NCBI GenBank assembly: GCA_000002445.1 | Contig: AE017150.2 | Location: forward strand, 128,001 to 192,000 | DNA length: 64,000 bases | Direction of reading: 5' to 3' | Origin: Trypanosoma brucei | Lineage: Eukaryota | Shown: positions 12,201 to 23,000 of the stretch, in pieces | Layout of the letters: each line of letters begins with the position of its first letter | Position numbering within the stretch: position 1 is the first letter of the stretch | Made by a program: the position numbers and the translations under genes | Notes under the pieces: generated by a model | What the model was told of the DNA's origin: nothing | Seen by the model: the letters and a program-made list of their open reading frames with translations, nothing else | Databases searched by the model: none

Positions 12201-14178
12201 TTGTAAAATGAAGATACGTGCAGGTGTGGAGAAACGACTCCATTAATGCTTATGATGCACCAAATAATTCTCTCGTAAAGAAAGGAGAGAACAAATGCTC
12301 AGTACATGCGTCCCTATTTGTATCTTTAAATTAAGGTTCTCTTGAGTGGAGTAAAAGAAGAAAAGGCAAGAAGTATATGATGTGAGTGATAATACATAAT
12401 GAAATGACCCAACAAGAGGGAAAGGAAGTTACATGCCTTCACTACAGTCATACAAATAAAGCCAGACCCTTTACACTCGTTTCACAGTGTTCTGTCGCAT
12501 CGCTCTGTATAAACAAATTACTAATAGGAAATGGAAATGTAAGAAGAGAGTAAAAAAGTATCAAGTAGCTTGAGGATTATCGACACTCAGCTACGTGGAA
12601 TGATACGCATCGCAAATTTGTGTTTGAAATGATCACCATCCTAATGAACTTACTCGTATGTTACTTAATCCTGGGAAATACTTCTCTGTGCGCTCAAGTT
12701 ACCTGACAACTTTCCTTCCACACCCTATGCATTGTTACCACCTCCATTGTTAACTCCGTTGTTCCTGTCATATTCCTCAAGTTTTTCTTTGCATTCGACG
12801 TATAGTGCAATAATGCGCTCATTAAGTGAGACGGAAAATTGACGCACTTCCCTTTTCCAAAATCTTTCCTCACGTTTGCTTTGTTCATCCGTGGCTGTCC
12901 TGCTACAACACTGTGGCTTTGTAATTCTTTCGTCGTCAACCCTTTGAACATATATTATTTCCCATACCATATCATTAGAAAAATTGTCCCAGCGTCTAAA
13001 GTAACTTTGCAAACACCTTTTCATCTTAAATAACCCACCGGTGCTGCAGGGATGACTACCAGAAATTGTGTACTGCAGTCCCACAAAAGTCTTCGGGTTC
13101 TCAACAAAAAAGAACGCATCAACAACTGGGAAACTCCTTGATTGCGGCTTGTACAATTTCATGTATTCAATTTCAGCTCCAGCTACAATTGGAACATCCT
13201 CAGGAACCTCAATCGAAGGACCAATGAGTCTTGGTTCTTGCAGCACCTGCAGCACACTTCGTGGAATTTGATCCTCAGAAAGTGAGAGGCCCTGTAACTC
13301 CCTTGCCAACTCAATTAGTGCATCCTCATGTGACAATGCTTCAATGCCACTGTTCTCAAACATGTAGGCAGCGAGGGCGCGGTTAGACAACATGCCAGAA
13401 ATTAAAGCATATTTTTTTGTCCGCCAAGGTCTCAGAAAGTCTAAAATAGCTTGTCCCGTGTAAGATGAAAGCGGTCTGCAGCGATACGCATCACAAAGGG
13501 GGTCACCATCAACCACACGGACAGCCCTCACTAACTTGTGTGATACCTCATCTGTTTGCCACATACCTGCGTTTTGGAAAATTTTAGCGTAATCATTCAT
13601 ATCATCATCTCTCATTTTGCCAATGACCTCTCGAATTAGTTCCCGCTGCCTTTTATACCAAAATGAATCAACGATATGACGAAGCAGTGGACCAACGATA
13701 CGAATGCGGGCTTGAATTTCTTGCCATTCTCTTTCAATTTTCTCCTTCGCATCTGAAGGACTCCAACCGTAAGCAAGAGCAATTTTCCCCCACCTCGATA
13801 TGTGTATGGCTTCCAAATCCTTCAATGTGTCACAGTTTATGTAAATATGTGTAGCGCCGTTTTGCTTGGACCATTCATGGAATTGTCTAACGTTTGGAGA
13901 ACTCAAAGCAATACCGGAAAAATCACCAGGTGGTTTCACTGGAGCATGATGGTCCTTGTCCACGTCGAATATAAGGTATCCCTTAATATCCTCACCGCCA
14001 CTCGATTCTCCGATTATTTGCTTAACAGCTGTGAATGCACTCTTATAATTACTGTAAAACGTAACATATCCTGCTCGATCGCCTTTGGGTTTACGAAACA
14101 CGTACGCCTCGCCCTCCACAACGTATATGATAATCTGAAGCTGACTCGCTTCATAATGCAGTAGTTTGTATAACAGTA

Positions 14179-14682
14179 TTTTTTTTTTTTTAGAATTTTC
14201 TTCGTGCCTTCGTGAGAGTTTCTCCCAACTGGCGCGGCCATCAGCCATCACCGTAGAGCCCCGAGATGCTATCGGTCTGGCGACTGTGGCAGAGTCTCCC
14301 TTTTTCATTCATCCTAACACACTCTCTATAATTTTTGTTGTATTTCCGCATATGAACGGAATACAGCAGATGGGGCGAGAACCCTCCCACCCTGGACTCT
14401 CCCAAAGATGCCAATTTGCAATCCTTTTTTGGAGGTCCACATCACCGGACAGCAGCATCTTAGCGCGGATGATACTGCTGATGGCACGCTGGCACGTGCC
14501 CAGGGACCGACAAATGAAAAACGGTGTCCCAGCAAGACGCTGCTGATCCCTGTGCTGTATGATGCCGTAGCCGGAGCACAGCAGTGTTCCCCATGAAAGG
14601 AACGCTGCTGGCTCTTGGCTTCCCCCGATGATACGGGGTACTGGACCCTGGCACAACATTGAGGTGGCCGGCATCGCCAGGG
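14179..14682 (-). mobile_element. RIME (ribosomal mobile element, the non-autonomous ingi derivative), full length about 504 bp, copy 1 of 3. poly(A) end at 14179..14191.
   Basis: The plus strand shows a poly-T right after the TSD. The reverse complement of the right end is CCCTGGCGATGCCGGCCACCTCAACG..., the conserved ingi/RIME/L1Tc 5' signature. Length is about 500 bp. It is flanked on both sides by TGTATAACAGTA. Confidence 0.85.
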
Positions 14683-14694
14683 TGTATAACAGTA

Positions 14695-15202
14695 TTTTTT
14701 TTTTTTTAGAATTTTCTTCGTGCCTTCGTGAGAGTTTCCCCCCACTGGCGCGGCCATCAGCCATCACCGTAGAGCCCTGAGATGCTATCGGTCTGGCGAC
14801 TGTGGCAGAGTCTCCCTTTTTCATTCATCCTAACACACCCTCTATAATTTTTGTTGTATTTCCGCATATGAACGGAATACAGCAGATGGGGCGAGAAGCC
14901 TCCCACCCTGGACTCTCCAAAAGATGCCAATTGGCAATCCTTTTTTTTTCGGAGGTCCACATCACCGGACAGCAGCATCTTAGTGCGGATGATACTGCTG
15001 ATGGCACGCTGGCACGTGCCCAGGGACCGACAAATGAAAAACGGTGTCCCAGCAAGACGCTGCTGATCCCTGTGCTGTATGATGCCGTAGCCGGAGCACA
15101 GCAGTGTTCCCCATGAAAGGAACGCTGCTGGCTCTTGGCTTCCCCCGATGATACGGGGTACTGGACCCTGGCACCACGTTGAGGTGGCCGGCATCGCCAG
15201 GG
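14695..15202 (-). mobile_element. RIME copy 2 of 3, about 508 bp.
   Basis: About 98-99% identical to copy 1, with small indels in the T/A runs. It has the same flanking 12-bp TSD. Confidence 0.85.
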
Positions 15203-15214
15203 TGTATAACAGTA

Positions 15215-15716
15215 TTTTTTTTTTTAGAATTTTCTTCGTGCCTTCGTGAGAGTTTCTCCCAACTGGCGCGGCCATCAGCCATCACCGTAGAGCCCTGAGA
15301 TGCTATCGGTCTGGCGACTGTGGCAGAGTCTCCCTTTTTCACTCATCCTAACACACTCTCTATAATTTTTGTTGTATTTCCGCATATGAACGGAATACAG
15401 CAGATGGGGCGAGAACCCTCCCACCCTGGACTCTCCCAAAGATGCCAATTTGCAATCCTTTTTTGGAGGTCCACATCACCGGACAGCAGCATCTTAGCGC
15501 GGATGATACTGCTGATGGCACGCTGGCACGTGCCCAGGGACCGACAAATGAAAAACGGTGTCCCAGCAAGACGCTGCTGATCCCTGTGCTGTATGATGCC
15601 GTAGCCGGAGCACAGCAGTGTTCCCCATGAAAGGAACTCTGCTGGCTCTTGGCTTCCCCCGATGATACGGGGTACTGGACCCTGGCACCACGTTGAGGTG
15701 GCCGGCATCGCCAGGG
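15215..15716 (-). mobile_element. RIME copy 3 of 3, about 502 bp.
   Basis: Same as copies 1 and 2. It ends ...gcatcgccaggg at 15716 and is followed by TSD 15717..15728, after which the RHS N-terminal coding sequence resumes. Confidence 0.85.
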
Positions 15717-16799
15717 TGTATAACAGTAGGGATCCCACGGAAAACGATTTACCAATACCGGGTGTACCAATAAGAACATGAAACATCGGGTTGACAGTCA
15801 CTTCACCCATAAGCCACTGGTTAAGCCGTTCCTCAACCTTATGCCACACCCTCAGTGTTTCCCTACGGATATAAACATCACTATTAAAAACGTACCCCAC
15901 TCCTCTCTTATGATTAATATCATAATCTTTTGGGTTCGCTTTACACGACGTGTATGGCCAACCCATTTGAGATGTAAGCACAGCAATCTCCAAGTTACCG
16001 TCACGGGGAAGTGGTTTATACATTGTTTCCGGAACGTGACTGACATCAACTTCCTCCTTCGTCCACATGCGCGGCGGTCTTCCATCAAACACTTTCATTC
16101 CGAGTGGCTCTTCCCTGTGACCCGACTCCACATAACCCCACGTCGCATTGTATATGGATTCATATACTCCTCTCAGTTCGACAGCACCACCAGCTGTTTG
16201 GGTGGCTCGTTCCCTTGCTTCTTTGGCGGCCGCCAACGCTCCATCCAACATTCCCCTCGCCACGGGACCAACAAATTCCCTTATTTCCCCTCTTCCCTTC
16301 TCCTCCCACTGCCGGAGGTAGTAAATTTCCTTCTCAGACAGATACCTTGCTTTCCGCTTCATTTCAGAGAATTGGTCATATAATTCTTTATATTCCTCAA
16401 ACTCATCTGTGCCTTGTATATCCTCAAGAATCTCAGCATCAACAATATATCTTCTGGGATTCTTAACAAACACATCCATGGCTACATTCCGTGTGTCATA
16501 CGTGTTTAAAAACTTTTTCAGCAAAAAGTCATGCAGCGTCATATTACGCAAACCCGCATAATCTTCCAGCAGCACATTCCTCACCTTACTGTTCATTGTC
16601 CAATAGGGTCCCCCTTCAGTTCTCTGCCGTATTTGTGGAGGCTGAGCAGCAGCAGCAGCAGGAGGCGGTACATTTTCATCCCGTGGCCTCCTCACGGCTG
16701 CTCCAAAATTACCTGCTACTTGTTGGTTTGCATTATTTCTTCGTCGACCTCCACCTCTTCGACGTCTTGACATAACTCTCTTAATATTATTAACTTAAC

Positions 16800-19700
16800 T
16801 TCCCTTCCTTTTCTTTTTTCTCTGAAATTATAAATAACTGAAGTAAAATAATAGATGAGGAAAAAAAATAGCGGATGAACAGTGTAACATAATATCAAAT
16901 GTAATAGAGCAATATAATGTTTACTCACTATCATTTGTATGATATCATAATGCATTTGGTATTGAGAGGAACAATTTCAAAATATAGCAGCTGTAAATAA
17001 ATTATTTCCCTTGCTTCATTATCATACGCTAAATATAATGAACTTCATACATCATTTCTTTTTAAACCATGAATAATATGGAAACAAAAAATATTACTGC
17101 CTCATACACCTGCATCAACACTTCGTATATATAATCAATATTTAAAGAGAGTCAAATTCTATCAATTAAAATCAAGTAAAACAATAAACAAAAATATATA
17201 TGGATATTAATGAAGCGAAGAAAAAGAGTATCGGCACAACACATAGATATACACACACATGAATACGCACTACACAACTGCTTCTTTATATATCCTCCCC
17301 ATTTTTACAATTCATAATATTCACTTGCATTGAATAAACTCATTGAAATATAAATCACTTATCCCGTCCCCCGTGTAATCACTTACTTCCAAAGGAGAAT
17401 ATTAAATAATGTCTGTAGGACAGGTAAAAAAAAACTGATAGTCTTTTTGCATCAGATAACCAGAGAGTATTTCCTGTTTACTTTGATTATAAGCAAAAAC
17501 ATCATTTTGCCTTCAGTAGAAATAAAATTGAATTACTTGCCTCCTCATTGCTCACAACTATCAACAACTAATTCATCCCCACACATTCACGTGTATCTGA
17601 TGTGCCATCGTTGTTTGATTCATTCACACATCTTCCATGATAGCGATGATACAACATATTGTAAATAATTGGAATAAAATTAATACAATTAATTGAGGAA
17701 ACCGTAAAAGATTATCATAACATATCTTTTATTTTCCCTCCTTTCATTTACACAAATTAAATATGTAATGAGACAATTCCCTTTCAGTACGTGTCCACAC
17801 TTATTGTATCATCATTGTAAGTTATTTTTTGCTCACATACACAAAGCTATTGGAATAACAAAAAAATAAAACAACACATTTAAACAACTTAAAAATATAT
17901 AACAAATAAAGGTAATAAAGAGAATGAGAGTGAACTGACAGATAATAAAATGAAACACGTCTCGCATTTTCCTTATAAATATTCAATAGTTGGCGGATTA
18001 CAAATAAAAACAATTACACATTATAGAAAGGAAGGGATATAATTACATTATACACCTGCATGTGGATATGTAACAGCGAGTCATAGTAGAAATAAATTGC
18101 CTAAACACAATAGTTATGGAAGATAACATAATTCAAAATATCAATAATATTATTCTATCAACATTCCCTTCCTTCTCCATTAAGTTTTCAATGGTTTCAA
18201 ATAATAATTCACATAATCTCATACATATGTTACGATGGGTATTGCATGCAGTACAATTTAAAGGAAGTGCAACTCATATAACATTTTCAAAAAAAAGGTA
18301 TTGAATGACTGTTTGCTACCATCAATTACATTTCCAATGCCTGATTACACTTTTATATGCATGAAGGAAGTTACTGATCATAACTTTGACATGCTCGAGA
18401 ATCCATAACACAAAGCAGCAGCTGCATGCAATAAAAAATATAAATATAAATAACATCCGAATTCATTTACTGACAGATGAGTGCAATCCATTCATCCAAA
18501 CTTCATAGCTGCAAACATAAACTCGTTGTTGCCAATAGAAAATAATCGCGCATAAATATTGAGTATCTGAAAATGATAGCAACGGGTTTCCATTTTCGAA
18601 ATATATACATAAACTACATGAGGTATATGAAGCCATATTGGTAAAGTGTCACTACGCATGTTGCAATTTACTATCAAAAGTGTCTGCCTTATTTTATTTC
18701 TTGTGTTACTGTAACTCATGAGTATCATTCATTATTCTTTACAATACAACTGTAAGTCATTTTGCATTTTTACATATTTCCTTATTCTCTCATACTGGAA
18801 GTATTCCACATATGAGATTCCTCAATATCGTTCACAAAATAAAAATAATTTTATTTACTTCTGCATTCAGTTTCTCGTGTAGCAGTGTGTACACTAATCA
18901 TCCATAAAGTTTTTAATTTGCCAAATACATCATTACGAAACTATTTTCCACACATACACATACACAAACAAACCGTTGGGACAATATCTTTGAGGTATTT
19001 CCTTCACTATATTTGCAGTTTAGCAGTGATTAAAATACACTTTTTGTATAATTCAACACATGGTGGAATTGCAAAGAAATGTGATGGTACTTATAATCCA
19101 TAAGTTCCCAATTTTCCTCACATGATCTCTTTTCATGCCTTTATATCCTTATATAATTCACAGAGAATTACTGCAATTTCTTTCATATGCTTTCAGGATT
19201 CCATAAGTCACAATACAAATAATATATATTTACAAATTTGCACATAATATTGCTTAACATATAAATTATCACAAACCTATGATATTACACTCCTCCTAAG
19301 AATAATAGAATCAAATCATTTCTATTTTGCATCATTACATGAAGCTTTGGAAAAGGAAAAAAAAGAATCAAACAAAAGGTAATGTAAACAACACAGTTTC
19401 ATAATACAGATTATAACTTGTTTGTGAATTTCAGATGCAAACACAAAATGTTCAAACAGGGAAACAGTAAAGGATGTTACTGGTGATGTAAGCACAAATT
19501 AACCAAAAATAGAAACATAAATAAAATTGAAACTTATAAAAACACAAATATATATGACACAAATATTTACCACATATTATAATTCGCCACCCTCACACTT
19601 GAATTACAAAGAGTACATAACACACATATGTGGTAAAACTAATACAACTCGAATATACATATGTGCCATCTTCTTAACATAATCATTCCAATATTTACTC

Positions 19701-20000
19701 AGTATGTATGTCTGTGTGTGTGTAGAAATGATGAAATGTAATCGACAATCGCTTGACTCGGAATGCGGTATTAACATGTCTCAGATGTTAAGCGTTCTTG
19801 TTCTACAAGGGAAGTCATTCGCCTTTTTTTCCTTTTTGCGCAAACAAAAAATAAAAAGAAGAATTCAAGGGTTGTAGCGGATAACTAGCTTTTTGAATCG
19901 TAGCAATATATTATGAAGCATGTACCACAGTCTACTCAGTATTTTTTTTTATTTTTTGATTTCATTAACTTTCATACATGTTTATAAATGATACTTTTTG
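16800..20000. other. AT-rich, low-complexity intergenic tract at the minus-to-plus (divergent) strand-switch between RHS pseudogene A and the GRESAG4 pseudogene.
   Basis: Composition read by eye: long A/T runs, no ORF over 80 aa, and no recognisable homology. Confidence 0.5.
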
Positions 20001-23000
20001 TGAAATTTATAACAAGAAACTAACTCGTATTTTCAGTCACTAGCTTCACAGTTCTGAATTTTCGCAATGATGCCGCCGCAAAATATCATTCTTGCTTCTT
20101 ATTTTATTGAAGAGTTACTCTCGCAGAAGAAAGCAGGATGAAAATACTCAAGACCACACCGACAGGGGCCAGACATTCCTCAAAAAAGAACGAACAAAGA
20201 AGTTAACCACACAACCCTTCTTACAAATGAGCGTCTGTCAATGTGCAAGAAAAAACAAAGGCTTCGACTGCATGCAACACTAGAAACGATATCAGCGGCT
20301 TCAATCCCACAGTTAAAGCCACTTGACGAAACACTCAGCATACGAAACCTTTGCAAAGCAATGTATTGGTTATTTAAAGAAAAAGAAAAAAATGTATTCC
20401 TTCACGTGCCGTTTCAACAAACTGCTAGCCGAGAACTAAGAGTATCAACACACACGCACGTGATATCCACGCGTCGAATATTTGCTGCCCAGCTGACTCC
20501 AAACTCACAAAGAGGAAACAACACGTAACCACTTACAGCCCAGCTGCTAGTGTCCTTTAAGTGCATACAAATACACAACAGCAATCATTGTCACCCCACT
20601 AATTTTAGGCATCATTTAATGCACATTTAACAAACGTGATGCCCGACTCCAAATGTGAAAGGCACTCGTCACGCACCCGCCCCGCCCGCCTCCCCACAAA
20701 TTCCACAGGATGGTGGAGGCAAGGCAGCAAAGGAGCGACGCGGCGCTGTTAAAATAGAGCAGCTGCGCATCAGTTGCATTGAGTTTGTGGAATGCGGAGA
20801 AACCACCAGTTGAGCTTCGAGAGTGAGGGATGCTCCCACAGAGTCGTGGCGGCAGAAGGTGATGAAGACGTCACGGATCTTTTTTTTTCTTTTGCTGCAA
20901 CCTCCCGAAATGCGTTGAAACGCCAAGCACCACCGCCACCCCCAGAGCAAAAACGTTGGGGAGAAAAAGCGGAACAATGTGTGGGTTGTGGCGCTGAAAC
21001 CGCAATTACCAACTGGCAAGGTGGATGGACCGCGACATGTGAGCGAGCAAGGGGAGACATCGCTGTTTGTGGAATGTAGGGAGATGTAAGAAAAGAGACC
21101 ACTAAATATGATAACGATGTTAGAGCAACGAATATGAACGGCGTACAATTCCGTTTAGAAACACTGTCTGGAATTTCTGTCTGTAAAAACAACAACTGGC
21201 AGCACCGACGAATTCGTAACAGAAGGTTGCGGGATGCCAGCCAAAAAAAAAAAACCATCAATAGGCCACAACCACACCGAATCAGAAAGTCCACATAAAA
21301 GTAACCAAATACACGCAGCTCAAACGCTCAAATGTTGGATACGCGGCAGGTGACACGACGGAAGGAATATTATCCAGCGCTTGGAAGCATGTCACCACCG
21401 CAACGACTCCTCAGAAACTGGACAGCTTCAAGTGTGGAGTGGCGGCTTGCACATGAACGTAGTGAGTGTCAGAAAGGAGGGGGGAAAGGCATAGCGGAAG
21501 GAACGGCGAAGCAAAAAAGGCAGGGAGGCTGTGCCAAGACTCCCGAGCAGACATCTGCTAAAACCTACGGCACATGACATGTATGGTATGGCCATTGCAG
21601 CGCAGGAGGAACTGTTACAACGAATCGGACATGACTGTTATGGGCCCGTCACTGCCTTCAGAGACTTTTCCAAACGAAAGGAAAGAGCGCAATGCGACAG
21701 AGTGATGCTGACGTGTGCAGAAGTCTCGAAGCATTGTGTCAGCGAGGTCTGTGGTGACTAAGAGTCAGAGATGGGCACATGGTTAGAAGGGTGGTGGATC
21801 CTGCGACGAGTTGAAATTAGGGTGCCTGTACTTTATTTCTCATATACTCGCGTGCTCCGTATACAAAATATAAATGAGAAATGGATCTCACAAACACGCC
21901 AGCAAAGTGGATCTGTTCCTTTGCAATGTCCAGACAATTCGCACTAAGACTCTTAAAGCTATTGGACCGAAGGAACCTCACGACCGTGTGCAGCTGTCAA
22001 ACGTGCGAAAATGGAGAGCTGGCCGGCATCTCACCCTCCACTTGGCAGCTGCTCTCAACTGGAATATCGGGGATTATGGATGGTGTGTAAAGCTCACCAT
22101 TTTGTGGATTCTTCTGAATAGCAATGGAGTCTGAAGGTTAACCCAAAGAGTTAAAACGTTGAACAGAGCTGGTGACCTACGTGGTCTTTTTTTTGTGTAA
22201 AAAGTGCCCGACTGCCTTACTGCATCCCTTCGCGTGCATGCAAACTGAGCACAACGCAATGTCTCCTTTATTATTTGAAGCATGAAAGCTCATGGATTAT
22301 AGCCATGGGACAGAAGGCCTTGATTACGTTAGACTGATAGGACCGCTGTGTATTTTTCGTTGTCTATGTTGGGATGGCCATTTGATAGTAGCATCTGCTA
22401 GTGTACAATTATTTTGATGGATTCGGCACATTACAGTGATTTCTGTTGGGAGTTCCTCTTCCCCCTCACTCTGAGTAGATGTGGGGTAACTGGTTTCTTT
22501 TCTGACGCTAACATGGTTTGCCAGCTCTGTTTGGGAATGTTACGGTATCATCACGCACAGTTTCGCAATTTGTCCGTAAAGCTGCTTTGAATCCATGCTG
22601 CGGTTGTCACGAATCAGAAAAATTATAACGGAGATGGGTCTGCAAAAAGGCATTGTGAGTTAGCGACAATACTACGTATCAAACAATGTCACATCATGAC
22701 GATTACAGTGCTGCTTCACAACTTCAGCATAGGGGAATGGCGGAATCGTTTCAAATGCGGAACAAATAATGAGAGTCCAAATCTCCATTCTTAAATTCCC
22801 GTGGCTACATGAACTGTATGCAGGTGAAACATTTATCAAGGAAACTGTATTGACAAGACTTAATCCAAGGAGAGATTAGGAATGCAAATACTTCATGCTT
22901 TCGTTGAACAGCCGTACATCAGACCTGTCAACTCCATTAAGTGACTGAGGAGTTAACCTATTTTAAGGTGTATGGAAATGGAGACATGGTTTGAGCAACC

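Larger units (their letters stand above)
14167..15728. repeat. Four direct copies of the 12-bp target-site duplication TGTATAACAGTA (14167-14178, 14683-14694, 15203-15214, 15717-15728) bracketing each RIME.
   Basis: Read directly at each junction: ...gtttgtataacagta|ttttt... and ...ccaggg|tgtataacagta|ttttt.... Confidence 0.9.
1..16330. repeat. Segmental duplication copy A (paralogous to 34328..50320). Contains the LRRP 3' end, about 4.8 kb of intergenic sequence, an RHS N-terminal fragment, an unknown conserved block and RHS pseudogene A.
   Basis: Collinear nucleotide similarity of about 92-95% was checked by eye at many anchor points. These include 721 vs 35049, ORF 1982..2164 vs 36284..36469, 5851.. 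vs 40133.., 7365.. vs 41612.., 10828.. vs 44973.., and 12725.. vs 46885... The offset drifts from 34328 to about 34000 because of indels. Confidence 0.85.
12725..16773 (-). pseudogene. RHS pseudogene A. The N-terminal part (15729..16773, ATG at 16773) and the C-terminal part (12725..14166) are separated at the canonical hot spot by three tandem RIME elements.
   Basis: The N-terminal part (MSRRRRGGGRRR...GTPGIGKSFSVGSLLLY) and the C-terminal part (KLLHYEASQLQ...HKLVRAVRV...PVVDAFFFVE...MVWEIIYVQRVD) match the other RHS copies in the window. It has the Walker-A-like GxxGxGKS motif. The interruption falls within the LYKLL codons, which is exactly where the intact RHS at 53090 reads ILYKLLHY. Confidence 0.85.

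Noticed and set aside
14309-15630. Multiple 60-170-aa ORFs on both strands inside the RIME array, such as MAESPFFIHPNT..., MAAPVGRNSHEGTKK... and MPICNPFLEVHITGQQ....
   Set aside because: They repeat identically in every RIME copy and are internal frames of a non-autonomous retroposon. They are not independent host genes.
14179-15716. Three about 500-bp tandem direct repeats with short identical spacers could be mistaken for a repeat/spacer (CRISPR-like) array or a satellite.
   Set aside because: The units are 500 bp, poly(A)-terminated, start with the ingi/RIME CCCTGGCGATGCCGGCCACC signature, and sit in the RHS hot spot with a 12-bp TSD. They are RIME retroposons in a eukaryotic genome.
20669-21294. 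Two overlapping minus-strand ORFs (159 and 174 aa) in the GC-rich island.
   Set aside because: No recognisable domain or motif. They overlap each other in different frames. GC-rich sequence inflates ORF length. They are left unannotated.
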